Of a DNA stretch of 64,000 bases, positions 42,106 through 55,531 are shown piece after piece. Below the pieces are notes generated by a model. The model saw only the letters and a program-made list of their open reading frames with translations. It made no database searches and had not been told where the DNA came from. How positions within the stretch are numbered: position 1 is the first letter of the stretch; every line of letters begins with the position of its first letter. Location of the stretch: the NCBI GenBank assembly GCA_951406725.2, contig OX597825.1, forward strand, positions 41,106,001 through 41,170,000. Direction: 5' to 3'. Source of the stretch: Octopus vulgaris. Lineage: Eukaryota. The translations under genes were made by a program, and so were the position numbers.

Positions 42106-42796
42106 ACTTGACAACTGATGTTGGTGTGCTTATGTCCCCTTAACTTAGCGAGTGGGCAAAAGAGACTGATACAATAAGTACTTGGCTTACAAAGAATAAG
42201 GCCTGGGGTCAATTCATTTGACTAAAGGTGGTGCTCCAGCATGGCTGCAGTTAAATGACTGAAACAAGTAAAAGAATAAAGAAATATATATATGTATATG
42301 TATATGTATATATATGTATATATATGCATGTATATATATATGTATATGTATATATGTATGCATATATATATTTTTACACACACACACACACATATGTATA
42401 TATATAGTAGTGGCTGCTTTCTCATATACAAGCTAAACTATTGCTAGAAAAAATCATTGAAATGAGTCATTGGTAATGCAGTGTGAGGCCCTTATATCAT
42501 TCTTGAGTCCTGCCAAATATTTGCACATTTTATTGTATAATGCATAGTTGTGGTGGCTGGAAGATGGAACAGGTACTACAGTATGAAGTCTTTTGACATG
42601 TTTTTTAATCCTCTACTCAATGGCACACCTTTCCACATGTTGCACATGTTCTGTTGTGAACAATAGCCATATCAGAATTTACAAGGGGTTGATTTATGTG
42701 ACATCTCTGATGGCTGACCATGCCTGCATGCATCAAGCATTTCCTCCTACATATATATATATGTGTGTGTGTGTGTGTGTATGCATGCATGAGAGT

Positions 42797-43970
42797 TGAA
42801 ACCAACAAAAGTCATTTGAAATATGTTGGTAGTCCCCATCACAAGCAACACTTTTGCAACATTAGTTAATCTAACTTTTGAATCCTTTTGAAACAAATAC
42901 ATGTGTGCATGTTGTATCCACTTGTTCTTCACAGTGAATTTCACTATTTCTTTACCATCAAATCTCTGCCTCTGAAGACTATTCTTCACTAGCCTGAACA
43001 GATGGAAGTTGTAGAACACCAGATGTGGGCTGTATAGTAGTTGGAGGGATCTATTACCAGCTCAGTATTGTTTGATTTGTTGCCTTAGATGTGTGTAGTC
43101 ATGCATTGTTATGGTGAATATGGATTGTTTCTCTGATACTTGTTCAGTGGCTTCCTTAAGCAGTTTTGTATCTCTGTGTACCACTTGCTGTTCACAGTAC
43201 AACCACATTCCACAATATTAAGGTGAATGACAGACTTGTCATCCTTAAACCTGTCACATAACTTTCTATGCTGATTACTGGTTCTTGAAATTCTGTGGCG
43301 TTAGAAAAGAGGTGAAACCATTCCATGGACTAAGCCATTATTTCTGGATCATAAAGATATGTTCACATTTCCTTCCTGTCACCAGATTGAAAAACAGCAT
43401 CTCTTTATTGACTTTCAACATTTCTAGCTGATCAGCACACACTTCCACTCTTCACCCATTCAAACCGGTTCTCAACTGCTAAGATGTCTACTTTGCAATG
43501 CTTTCCAATATCCAAAGTCTTCCACCATCTTCTGTAATGCATTGTAACCTCAGTCTTGTGCAGCAAATTCAGGGATTGTGATTTATCTGTCCACAAAATC
43601 AGTTTGTTTACTCACTTGCGATTTGTGTCAGTAGTCACACTAAATGGTCTTCCACTGCATAGTTTGCCTTCAATGCTGGTTTTCCCTTTAAACTCCTTCA
43701 TCCATTTGTGCACGTTACACATGCTAATGGTCATCTCTATAAATAACTATAACATTCTGCCATAAGACAGTCTGCCTTCACACTTTCATCATGAACACAA
43801 TAATAGGACATTATTCTGCCTTGAAGCCATTATTTTCCTGAATTGAGGAAGAATAGAAAGAAATTTACTACTGCAAACGAGATGGTCTGCACACATATGT
43901 ACTAATTACCACACTAGTTAATAAAAATATTGGGAACAGTTTTTGCATTACCTTTGATAAAACCCTCACA
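42797..43970 (-). mobile_element. Degraded mariner element
   Basis: LLYSPHLVFYNFHLFRLVKNSL (YSPDLAPSDFHLF-like), C-terminal KCVACDGDY-like, TIR-like TGAGGGTTTTATCAAAGGTAATGC. Confidence 0.75.
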
Positions 43971-44193
43971 TATGAGTGTGTGTGCATGTGTGTATTTATG
44001 TATACATGCAGGCAGGTATATTACATACATACATACACACATACATACATACATACATACATACATATGCACACACATGCATACATACATACATAAATAC
44101 ATACATACATTCATACACACACACACACATACATACATACATACATACATACATACATACATACATACATACATACATACATACATACATACA

Positions 44194-44225
<32 letters not shown>

Positions 44226-46433
44226 AGGCAATCTGGCAGATTCGTTAGCATGTCAGGCAAAATACTTAGATGGATTTCGTTTGTCCTTACATTCTAACTT
44301 CAAATTCCACCAAGATCGACTTTGCCTTTCATCCATTCAGAGTCAATAAAATAATTACCAATTTCGCCCTGGGGTCGATCAATGTAATCAACATTACTGC
44401 TCATGGGTAAGAGTATAAAAACTGCACCCCTCTACCATGCCATTTTGAGCCAGTGTGGCAAAGTAGGCTTACCAAACCAGTATAATTGCAAGCTCAAATT
44501 CACTTCTACCATAGACCATGTTTGGTGAAGAGAACATTTGCTGACAATTATTGTATTTATAGAAAACTTATGTTATGCCGCATTTTTAAGCTAGTTATAG
44601 CATATTTAATGAATGATCAAAGCATTAATTAGCTAATTTGAAATAATTATATCATGAGAAAAACTAATTACTTTGACAACTTCAGGAGACAACTCCAAGA
44701 AATTCAGTCTTACTATGGCCAAATGAGTGAACTATACACTTCACCAAATTTTAAAGAATATACAGAAACGGGCACCAAAAACTAGAAGTACTTAGAAAAT
44801 TGATAAATCTGAGATGTCAGTTTTGCAGTTAAATTTTTGGACCAACATCCTAGTACTGGTTCAGCACTATCTCAGCAGGTGTATTCTTTCATTCTTTCAC
44901 TTGTTTCAGTCATTTGACTATGGCCATGCTGGAGCACCAACTTTTTTTAGTCAAAGGAATTGATCCCAAGACTTGTTTTTCTAAGTCTAGTACCTATTTT
45001 ACGGGCCTCTTTTTGCTGAACTGCTAAGTTACAGGGACATAAATACACCAACATCAGTTGTCAAGTGATGGTGGGAGGAGAAACACAGACACAAACACAC
45101 ACCCATATATATATATCATCATCATCATCATCATCATCATTGTTCAATGTCCATCCATGAATGCGTGGGTAGGACAGTTCACCAAAGCTGGCCAGGTTGA
45201 AAAACTACCCTTGGCTACTGTGTCTGTTTTGGCTGGGATTTTACACCTGGATATTCTTCCTAACACCAACCACTCTGCAGAGTGGACTCAGTGCTTTTTA
45301 CATGGTACTAGTAAAGGCGAGGTTAGTTTGGGCATGATTTTTACAGCTGGATGCCCTTCCAAATGCCAACCAGTGAGGACTGGATGCTTTTTATGTGGCA
45401 CCAGCAGTGACAGGGTCACAATATAACTTGCAAGACAAGGGATATATATATATATATATACGACAGGCATCTCTCAGTTTCCATCTACCAAATCAATTCA
45501 CAAGGCTTTGGTTAGCCCAAGGTGCTATGCAGTGGGACTGAACCCAGAATTGTGTGCTTGGGAAGCAACTTTCTTACCACACAGCCACTCCTGTGCCTAT
45601 ATCTTGAATATACCACGGGCGTAAGTTTCACAGAGCCAGCAGAGTGTTTATGACTTCATGTAACTGCATAAGAATCTAAAACGATCAGGGAAGGCATGGT
45701 ACTTGCTATAAAGGCATAATCATAGGCAACTGACTGCTATGATATATTTATTACAGGGAGCAAAGGGGAAAAATATCAACTAGAACTAAGTCTGTGTAAA
45801 TTTGCCAATTTAAATTTGAGATAACACAAGCTTCTTCCCTTAGATTTTAATCTGTATAAATGTAAATCAGTTATCTTTAACCTGATAATGGTCAACTTTC
45901 ACAGTGTATGCATCATTAGATTATTGTTTGGAAGCAAAAATTTTGAGATAAATGTTAATTTTTAGTAATTTAATGCTGTCATATAAACTAAACTCAAACA
46001 GCAAGTGGTTTGACTACTTAGTATAACCATATGCATGGGAAAAAACTTTAGATGTTTGAGAGAAACAAAACATCAAGGAATTTAGTCGATATTATCAACA
46101 ACAATATTTCGGTACTTATTTTAAACAATATAGATTGAAATATCATAATGTATGCAGAAACTATGCTGAAGCATCTTTCGCATATATTTATAAATGTAAG
46201 TATGTACATATGTCAGTATGTATAAATGCATGTATGTATGCTTAAATATATAGATATATACATATGCACACAGATGTGTGTGGGTCTGTATGTGTATGTA
46301 TGTATGTATGTATGTATGTATGTATGTATGTGTAAGTGTACTGTACCAGTTGCCACTAATAGGTTGGTCTGCTCTCTCTGAAAGTAGGGGAAATTTTAAT
46401 AAATCAAGAATTTATTGCATGTTATGTGTGTGC

Positions 46434-46476
<43 letters not shown>

Positions 46477-46520
46477 TATATATATACACACACACATATA
46501 TATATATATATGTATATATA

Positions 46521-46568
<48 letters not shown>

Positions 46569-46820
46569 CATATATATACATATACATATATATATACACA
46601 CACACACATATATATATATATATACATACACATATATATATATACATATATATACATATATATATATATACATATACATATATATATATGTATATATGTG
46701 TGTGTATATATGTATATATATATATATATAAATATGCATATAAATAAAATATATATATTTCTTATATATGTGCAGATATATCTATAGCTATATATATACA
46801 TACATACATACATACATACA

Positions 46821-46857
<37 letters not shown>

Positions 46858-47502
46858 AATATGTGTATACATATCTGAAGGACCTGTTTGGGTTGGTAAG
46901 GATGGCAGTGCCCATCTGACAAGAATTATAAATATTAATTATACAATATAAAAAAAGAAATGATTGCTAATTCACTACAAAAATGCTAATTTAATGCATG
47001 AAATTCATTATATACTTCACAGTAAATGGATACTATTTTGATGTTAGATAAGTGGAATATTTACTGCCTTTCAAGTTGTATATACACAAAACATTACAAT
47101 GTTAATAGCATTCATAGTAAGTTCAGCTCCAAAGTACAAAAGTATAGTTGAAATAAAGGCAAAAATTAAACTGCCTTCAAATTTTCTGTCTTCATAACAT
47201 TGTGAGAAGTATGCATGTATATCTTATTTTGTATATGTGTGTTTTGCTTATCATGCATAGGCTAATTTTAAGAGAAATTTTCTCCCTCGTATATGTATAA
47301 AAAAGTAATTTTATACATCAATATACACACAACAAACACACACATAGGCTCACACTAGTTGGGCCTTTGTAAAAATTTCATTTACAGGGTAGTAGTCCAA
47401 ATGGCATGGAATGGGATAGACCACATGACAATATGCTTGTGAAGTGAAAGTCTTGTCCGTACAGATTAGCCAAGCCTTTACATATGTGTGTGTACATACG
47501 TA

Positions 47503-47544
<42 letters not shown>

Positions 47545-47679
47545 CATACATACATACATACATGCATATATTATAGATATACATTTATGAATTTGTTTTG
47601 TGAGATTCCTGATGTGTAATCATGTGTTATATTTCAGGATAGTCATTCTTTTCTTTTTTTTTGCCAAGTAAACACATAC

Positions 47680-49120
47680 ACTCTTTTACTTGTTTCAGCC
47701 ATTTGACTGTGGCCATGCTGGAGCACTGCCTTTAGTCGAGAGCAAATCGACCCCAGAACTTATTCCTTGTAAGCCTAGTACTTATACCATCAGTCTCTTT
47801 TTGCCGAACCACTAAGTTACGGGGACGTAAACACACCAACAACAGTTGTCAAGCGATGTTGGGGGGGGGGATACAAACACACAAACATATACACACACAA
47901 ACATATACACACACATACATATATATATATACATGTATATGACAGGCTTCTCTCAGTTTACATCTACCAAATCCACTCACAAGGATTCGGCCAGCCCGAG
48001 GCTATAGTAGAAGACACTTGCCCAAGGTGCCATGCAGTGTGACTGAACCTGGAACAATGTGGTTGGTAAGCAAGCTACTTTATTTCAATGATTTTACCAT
48101 AAAGGCATTTATACAGCGGGGGTCACTACAACACATGTGGGGACATATAACAATTAAAAATATAAACATAAAATATGATATAATGAATGATACATGAAAA
48201 TGAACATGAAGAACAAATTAAAATATGATAATATGAATGATATCTGAAAATGATATCATGAAGAGTGTGCTACTCACCCCACACTGAGTAACACCACTCA
48301 CTGCCTCTGTGTCCTAAGTCCTTTTTATCCTTCACTCCAGTCCTTTTTCCTTTTTCTCCATCACTTAGTGACATCATTCTCTCCATCATGCATTTGTAAC
48401 CATTTTCACTGGGAGGGGGGGGATCTTCTAAATTGTCTGTTCTTTCTTTATCTTTTTTTCTTGTGGGGAGATGGAGTGGGTTGGTTTGGTGTCTGTATGG
48501 GGAGGATGGGTCTGAGTGGTCTTGGGTGGGATAGTGTTGGACTGGGGTACCACATCATACTCAATGTTTTTTCTTTTTTTCTTCTTTCTCCTGCTCTCTG
48601 TAACTCTCCATTCTTCCTCCTTTTTCTCATTTCCTCACCTCATCGCCTCTTCTGTGCTAAATTGGACGTCCATTGTCCCATATATCTTTCCTTTGGTAAT
48701 ATATATTATTTCTTTAGACTTCTCCCTTAGCGCCTTTTCCGTTTCAGCTTCCACCTGCTCAGCCTTTTTTCCTTTCAATGAGAACACCTTATAGGTGATT
48801 GTTTTCTTCTCCATCCACTCAATAATTCCTTTGGAGGAGCGACAGCCTCTCGTCCCCTCCCACCTTCTGTAACATCTCATAATCCTTCAGACCATCCAAT
48901 TCCAACACCCTTCACTTCATCTCCGTGACCTCAGCAAAACTCTTTGTCTTTTCCAACACTCCATCCATCTTTATGACTGCCCTCACGAGTTCCTTCTCTG
49001 CTGAAGAGAACTCAGACCCACTAAAGTCTGAGTTCGTCTGATACATACAACAAACCAAATGCACTTTGGGTGACGCATGTGCGTAAGCAAGCTACTTACC
49101 ACACAGCCACTCCTGCACTT
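47680..49120 (-). mobile_element. SINE split by a 1-kb insertion
   Basis: SINE body 47680-48080 resumes at 49083-49120. Confidence 0.85.
48081..49082 (-). mobile_element. Internally deleted L1/Tx1-like retroelement (ORF1 start joined to 3' end) with 15-bp TSD
   Basis: TSD GTAAGCAAGCTACTT at 48066-48080 and 49083-49097. Minus strand ends in AATAAA. Decayed ORF: KTKSFAEV...IIYITKGKIYGTMDVQFSTEEAMR (RRM-like). Clade call is inference. Confidence 0.65.
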
Positions 49121-49560
49121 ATCTATATGTTTTTCACTCATTTATTATTGCTCTTATTTTATATTTCATTGTCTTGAAATCTTTCATCCCATATCTGTGA
49201 CCTCTCCAGGGACCCTTTCCATCCACATATATCCTCTTGCTTCGCCTAATCCATTCTGAATGAATTAGGCAGAATAGGAGGATACACATAGATGGAAAGA
49301 GTTGGAAAGGGTCACTGAAGAGGTCACAGATGTGCAACAAAAGATTTCCAGACAATGGACATATATAAAACAAGAGCAATAATAAACGAGTGAAAAACAA
49401 ATAGATAGTGCATGTGTTTATTTGGCAAAAAACAGAAAAAATCGACCATTCCAAAATATAAACATGCACACACACATATATACATATAGGTAGGTAGATA
49501 GATATAATGTATGTATGCTAATATATATGCATATATATATGAATGTGCATATGTATACAT

Positions 49561-49610
<50 letters not shown>

Positions 49611-49889
49611 CAAAATGGGACAAGAACGCAAAATGTGATAACAAAACATCCAGATAGACGATACAAAAAAAACACACATGGGTCATTCGAAGCCTTTTAT
49701 CTTCAGTCAAGAACCGGATCATCCTTGCAATTTTAGCTGATTAATCTTGAGATTGCTCCAATCTGGCCAAACCCAAGGAAAAACTAAGCTAAGAGCATTA
49801 GATTCCTTGGAAAAAAGCAACGAATGTATACGACACAAGGACGGAAAAACAGATGATGTTACATGAATATAAATACAAAATACAATACT

Positions 49890-50270
49890 CTTGACATGTC
49901 CAACAAAGCATGACGCCTAAACCAATCAGCTCAACCAACCAATCAGCTTAAGTAATTGAGTGATACTACACACTGATTGGTCAGAATACAGTTTGCAAAA
50001 CCTAGCATCTGGAGCCTACAAAGCTGTATTTAAAGCACAGATTCAATCATCTCGCTACAGTCAAAAATTGTGAAGCATGACTGTCACCACTACTACATGA
50101 ACCTGAAGATTGCAGAATTTAATGCATAAAAGTACTAGTTCAATCAGAATGAACATTTAACATTCTATTATTTTATTTTATTATATTATATTATATTATA
50201 TTATATCATTATAAGATTGTAAATAAAACGTGAAAATCAGACAAGGTTGGAATTCCTTTTATTAATATAT
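49890..50270 (+). mobile_element. Solo pLTR-like unit: CCAAT boxes, TATA-like box, hammerhead, AATAAA
   Basis: ACCAATCAGCT twice (49921, ~49937), CTGATTGG ~49973, TATTTAAA ~50027, hammerhead 50098-50142, AATAAA 50222. Confidence 0.6.
50098..50142 (+). ncRNA. Minimal type I hammerhead with a G12>A lesion
   Basis: TGAAC-CTGAAGA-TTGCA(GAATTTAA)TGCAT-AAAA-GTAC-TA-GTTCA; palindromic AGTACT stem III. Confidence 0.6.
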
Positions 50271-51729
50271 TCTTCTATACACAATCACACACACCCGTAT
50301 ATATATATATATATATATATGATGTATGTATGCATATACAAGGTGGTATCAAAAAGTTTCTAAACTAGTTATGTTTAATAAAAAAAAATCATTTACTAAA
50401 ATTTTAACATCATCTCCTACAAAATAGTTACCTTATATGTATATGCATATATGTATATAAATGTGTATATATATATATATACTCTTTTTACTCTTTACTC
50501 TTTTACTTGTTTCAGTCATTTGACTGTGGTCTTGCTGGAGCACTGCCTTTAGTTGAGAAAATCGACCCCAGGACTTCTTCTTTGTAAGTCTAGTACTTAT
50601 TCTATCGGTCGCTTTGACGTAAACACATCAGCATTGGTTGTCAAGCAATGTTGGGGGAGGGGGGACAAACACAGATACAAACATATACGAACACATACAT
50701 ATATGTATACATATATACGACGGGCTTCTTTCAGTTTTCATCTACCAAATCCACTCTCAAGGCTTTGGTCAGCCTGAGGCTATAGTAGAAGACACTTGCC
50801 TATGGTGGCATGTGGTTCATATGCAAGCTACTTACCACACAGCCACTCCTATGCTTATATATATATATATATATATATGAGTCACAAAGTGATGGATGCT
50901 GCTGGGATGCACCGTTTATGCTAAAATAGGAGTTAAATTAATTTTAAGCACCTTCCATCACTTTGTGACCTCTATTAATTTTGCCTGTAGGTTCTAATTG
51001 CTAATAAGCCAACCTTTTATTAGTTGTATATATATATATTACTCTTTTACTTGTTTCAGTCACTTGTGGCTATGTTGGAGCACCACTTTTAATAGAACAA
51101 ATTGACCTCAACACTTATTCTTTGTAAGCCTATTACTTATTCTATCAGCCCCTTTTGCCAAGCTGCTAAGTTACGGAGATGTAAACACATCAACATCTGT
51201 AGTCAATTGATGCTGGGTGGCGGTGGGACAAACTGGGAAAAAGGGTGGTTTACACTGGTTTTTCTCTAACTCATTGTATGTACATAGCCTTTTTGTATGT
51301 AGTGTCTTCCATACTTTTTTAATCTATATATTCCTGTATCGGCATTAGAGAATATTTTTCAGTGGTTTTCACATTCTTTTGATTTATTATTTATTTATAT
51401 GTTGTAATTGTGCATTACTTTTTGCAATATCTTTTTATATGTGTATTGAGTGTTTTTGTTAGAGAATGTTATAATAGTGAAAGGATTTTGTTTATTTATT
51501 TATTTCGACTGTCCACCTACAATGGAACTGATTTGATTACGAACACTGTACGTAATGAATATCCAATACCAAACAATATTAATCTCCATATTTAAACTGC
51601 ATTAGTCTTTAGAAAGCTTACCTTTACCTATTCTGTGTTACTTGAAAAGTGATGTTCCCTTCCCACTCTTCTATTTGTTGATACCTTTGTTTACCTACCA
51701 ATGTGTTGTTTCACTTTAAGGATGCTTAT

Positions 51730-51898
51730 TTACATTATTTACATTATTTACATTTGACGGATATTTGTCCTCATCTTCTTTGTTGTTAACACAACATTTC
51801 AGCTGATATATCCTCCAACTTTCATCAGGTGTTTTGGGAAGATTTCAAACCTGGGTTCTCATTCCTAAGGTATTTTTCGTAATTACTATTATTATTAA

Positions 51899-51963
<65 letters not shown>

Positions 51964-52038
51964 TCACTGCGGGCTACTAACCCCAAGATTCCGAGTTCAA
52001 TTCCAGACTGTGACCTGAATAATAATAAGAATAACAAC

Positions 52039-52072
<34 letters not shown>

Positions 52073-52262
52073 TTATAACAACATCGAAAAATACCTTAGG
52101 AATGAGAACCCAGGTTCGAAATTTCCCCAAGATATGTAATGAAGGCTGGAGGGTATATCAGTCTAAACATTGTGTTGACAACAAACAAGATGAGGACAAA
52201 TATCCATCAATTTTAAATAATATAAATAATGTACATAATTCCTCGTCCCTTAAATATAGAAC
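51730..52262. mobile_element. Divergent inverted pLTR pair with internal (AAT)n and a tRNA-like central fragment
   Basis: 51730-51970 is the approximate reverse complement of 52010-52230. Confidence 0.85.
51788..51833 (-). ncRNA. Minimal type I hammerhead (intact core)
   Basis: AACAC-CTGATGA-A-AGTTG(GAGGATATAT)CAGCT-GAAA-TG-TT-GTGTT; decayed mirror copy at ~52130-52176. Confidence 0.7.
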
Positions 52263-52669
52263 TTTACCAATTCATTATGATATTTCGACTGTTGTCCATT
52301 GTTTCGAATACATTTTAGCATTGTAATTCTAGCCATTTTTAAGCAATCACAAGAAATTTCGCTTTCATGGAAAACAACTATATTTTGTAGTCATTATCTG
52401 TAATCTACTCTCAAAACATTTTAGTAGCTCTACTTTGCATCACTTGCAAACTTATACATTCTATGATCATTAAAGTGCAATGACATTTGCAATAACCAGC
52501 TTTCAATTTGGTTTCCCATTCCTAAATTAATCAGAAACATAGATTGCCATGCGACTCATAAACCTTCTCAGTAGTTCAATTATTTAGTGACAAAAATACC
52601 ACCAAAGCAATTTAAACCGTCCAATGGATAGGTGCGTTTTCTAGTATATATGTATATTCATATGCATAC

Positions 52670-55082
52670 ATCATCATCACCACCAGTTAAGGTCTGTTTT
52701 CCATGCTAAAATGGATTGGACGGTTCGACCGGGGGTCTGGTAAGCCATGGAGGCTGCACCAGGCTCCAGTTTTATTTGGCAGTGTTTCTACAGCTGGATG
52801 CCATTCCTAATGCCAACCACTCCGTGAGTGTAGTGGGTGTTTGTTATGTGCCACTGGCACAGGAGCCAGTGCAGGCTGGCAAATGGCCATGATCGGTTGG
52901 TGCTTTTGTGTGTCACTGACCCGGACGCCAGACAGGTGACGCTAGTAACTGCCACGCTCGAACGGTGCTGTTACGTGTCACCAGCACTGGTGTCTTAACT
53001 ACAATTACCATTCGAATTTTTGATGTTGACGAACTTGACTCAACAGGTCTCCTCAAGAACAGCGAGTCACTCTACAATCCAAGGTTAGCACAGCAGGCTG
53101 TCTTTTGAACATGAACTCACTTCATTTGTTGGGTCTTCGAACACTCAAGAACAGCGACTCACTCTACGATCCGAGGTTAGCACAGCAGGCCGTTCTGTGA
53201 GCCATGAACTCATTTCATTTGTCGGGTCTTCGAAGTCACAGCATATCTCCAGAGGTCTCTGTCTTTCATCATAGCCTCTGCGAGGCTCAAAGTACGTAGG
53301 TCATGCTTGACCACCTCGTTCCATGTCTTCCTGAGTCTACCTCTACCCCGGGTTCCTTCAACAGTTTGGGAGTGGCACTTCTTCACACATCTCTCCTCAT
53401 CCATCCTTAGTACATGACCGTACCAATGCAATCATCTCTCCTGCATGCTGCATCCAATGCTTCTTATGCCCAACATTTCTCTCAGGACGCTTACACTCTG
53501 TCGTGTATGGACACTGATATTACACATCCAGCGGATCATGCTAGCTACATTTCTTTCAAGCCTACGCATGTCCTCCGCAGTCACAGCCCACGTTTCACTG
53601 CCATGAAGCATGGCAGTTTTCACACATGCATCGTACAACCTACCTTTCACTCTGAGCGAGAGACCCTTTGTCGCCAGTAGTGGGTGAAGCTTCCTAAACT
53701 TTGCCCAGGCTATTCTTATTCTAGTGGTAACGCTCTCTGAGCATCCACCCCTGCTACTAACTTGGTCACCTAGGTAGCAGAAACTATCAACTACTTCTAG
53801 TTCCTCTCCAAGGAGTGTAACGGAATCTATTTTCTGAGTATCAATGGTGTCAATTGCCCCTGTGCATCTGCCGCACACGAAAGCTATCTTCTCGGTTAAT
53901 TTTCCTTTGATATTGCTGCACCTCTTATGCATCCATAGCTTACACTGGGTACATCTTATGGAGTTTCTACCTACACCTTTTCTACAGATCGAGCAGGGCC
54001 ACCTACCTGAAGGTGTGTGTGGTGAGTTTGCCTTCCTACTTTCTAGAACTTTGGTCTTTGCTACATTGACTCTAAAGCCTTTTCACTCTAAACCTAGCTT
54101 CCACACACGAAATTTCTTCTCTAGTTCCAGTAGTGATTCTGCTACAAGGGCTAGGTCATCGGCATAGAGGAGCTCCCAGGGACAACCTGTCTTAAATTCC
54201 TCTGTTATTACCTGGAGGACTATGATGAATAGAAGGGAGCTGAGGGCTGAACCTTGGTGGACGCCAACTTCTACCCTGAATTCTTCACTGTACTCATTGC
54301 CAATTCTAACCTTACTACTAGCCTCTTTGTACAGAGCTTGTACAGCCCTTATTAACCATTCATCAATCTCCAGTTTCTGCATTGCCCACCAGATAAAGGA
54401 TCGTGGGACCCTATCAATGGCTTTCTCCAAATCCACAAAAGCTAAGTATAGGGGCTTATCTTTGGCTAGGTACTTCTCCTGCAGTTGTCGAACCATGAAT
54501 ATGGCATCAATTGTGCTTCTGCCAGGCACAAAACCAAACTGCATCTCATCTAGGCTAACTCTCTCCCTAATTAGTTGAGCTATGACCCTCTCTGTGACCT
54601 TCATTACCTGATCCAGCAGTTTGATACCCCTGTAGTTATTTCTATCTAGAGCATCACCTTTACCCTTGTAGCAGTTGACTATGGTGCTGCTACACCAGTC
54701 ATTGGGTATGACTCCATCTCTAACTACTTGGTTTACAATGCAGGTGACTAGGCCGTAGCCCATACCACCAGATATTTTAAGTATCTCAGCAGTGATTCCT
54801 GATGGGCCGGGCGCTTTTCCTGGCTTCATTCCCTTAATTGCCTTAACTACTACGGAGCTATCTATACGGATAGCTGGTCCTTCTATTGGCTCAACATTTG
54901 GCAGGCTCTCCTCCTCCCACTCATTCTCCACATTCAGCAGTCTCACATAGTGGCTTCTCCAAGCCTCTTTCTTTTCAGAATCACAAAAAGCAAGTGCCCC
55001 ATCATCCATTCGAACACATTTCTCCCCTGTGACATCACAATTTTCTCTCACTTACTGTCTTGCAATCCGAAATATTTCAGTT
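52670..55082 (-). mobile_element. 5'-truncated RTE LINE (related subfamily), pseudogenised
   Basis: ORFs 54083-55051, 53432-53932 and 53210-53431 are consecutive pieces of RT (frameshift ~54083, stop 53432). LYADD; PHD at 53864-53995; ~90-bp duplication at 53054-53234. Confidence 0.95.
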
Positions 55083-55103
55083 CATATATATACATACATA
55101 AAT

Positions 55104-55148
<45 letters not shown>

Positions 55149-55151
<3 letters not shown>

Positions 55152-55531
55152 TGGCACATAAAAAGCACCATCCGAACGTGACCGATGCCAACCCTGCCTC
55201 GAATGGCTTCTGTGTCGGTGGCACATAAAAAGCACCATCTGAACGTGGCCGATGCCAGCACCGCCTTGACTGGCTTCTGTGCTGGTGGCACATAAAAAAG
55301 CACCAACCGATCGTGGCTGATGCCAGACCCCTCTGGCACCTGTGCAGGTGGCACGTAAAAAGCACCCACTACACTCGCAGAGTGGTTGGCGTTAGGAAGG
55401 GCATCCAGCTGTAGAAACACTGCCAGATCAGACTGGAGCCTGGGGCAGCCCCTGGCTCCCCAGACCCCGGTCAAACCGTCCAACCCGTGCTAGCACGGAA
55501 AACAGGACGTTAAATGATGATGATGATGATG
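55149..55531 (+). mobile_element. RTE 3' UTR fragment with four GGTGGCACRTAAAAAGCACC units and (TGA)n tail
   Basis: Homologous to the reverse complement of 39746-40290. Confidence 0.85.

Noticed and set aside
55149-55370. CRISPR-like array of GGTGGCACATAAAAAGCACC repeats (also 39980-40285)
   Set aside because: Spacers are homologous to each other, the array lies in an RTE 3' UTR, no cas genes are present, and the DNA is eukaryotic.
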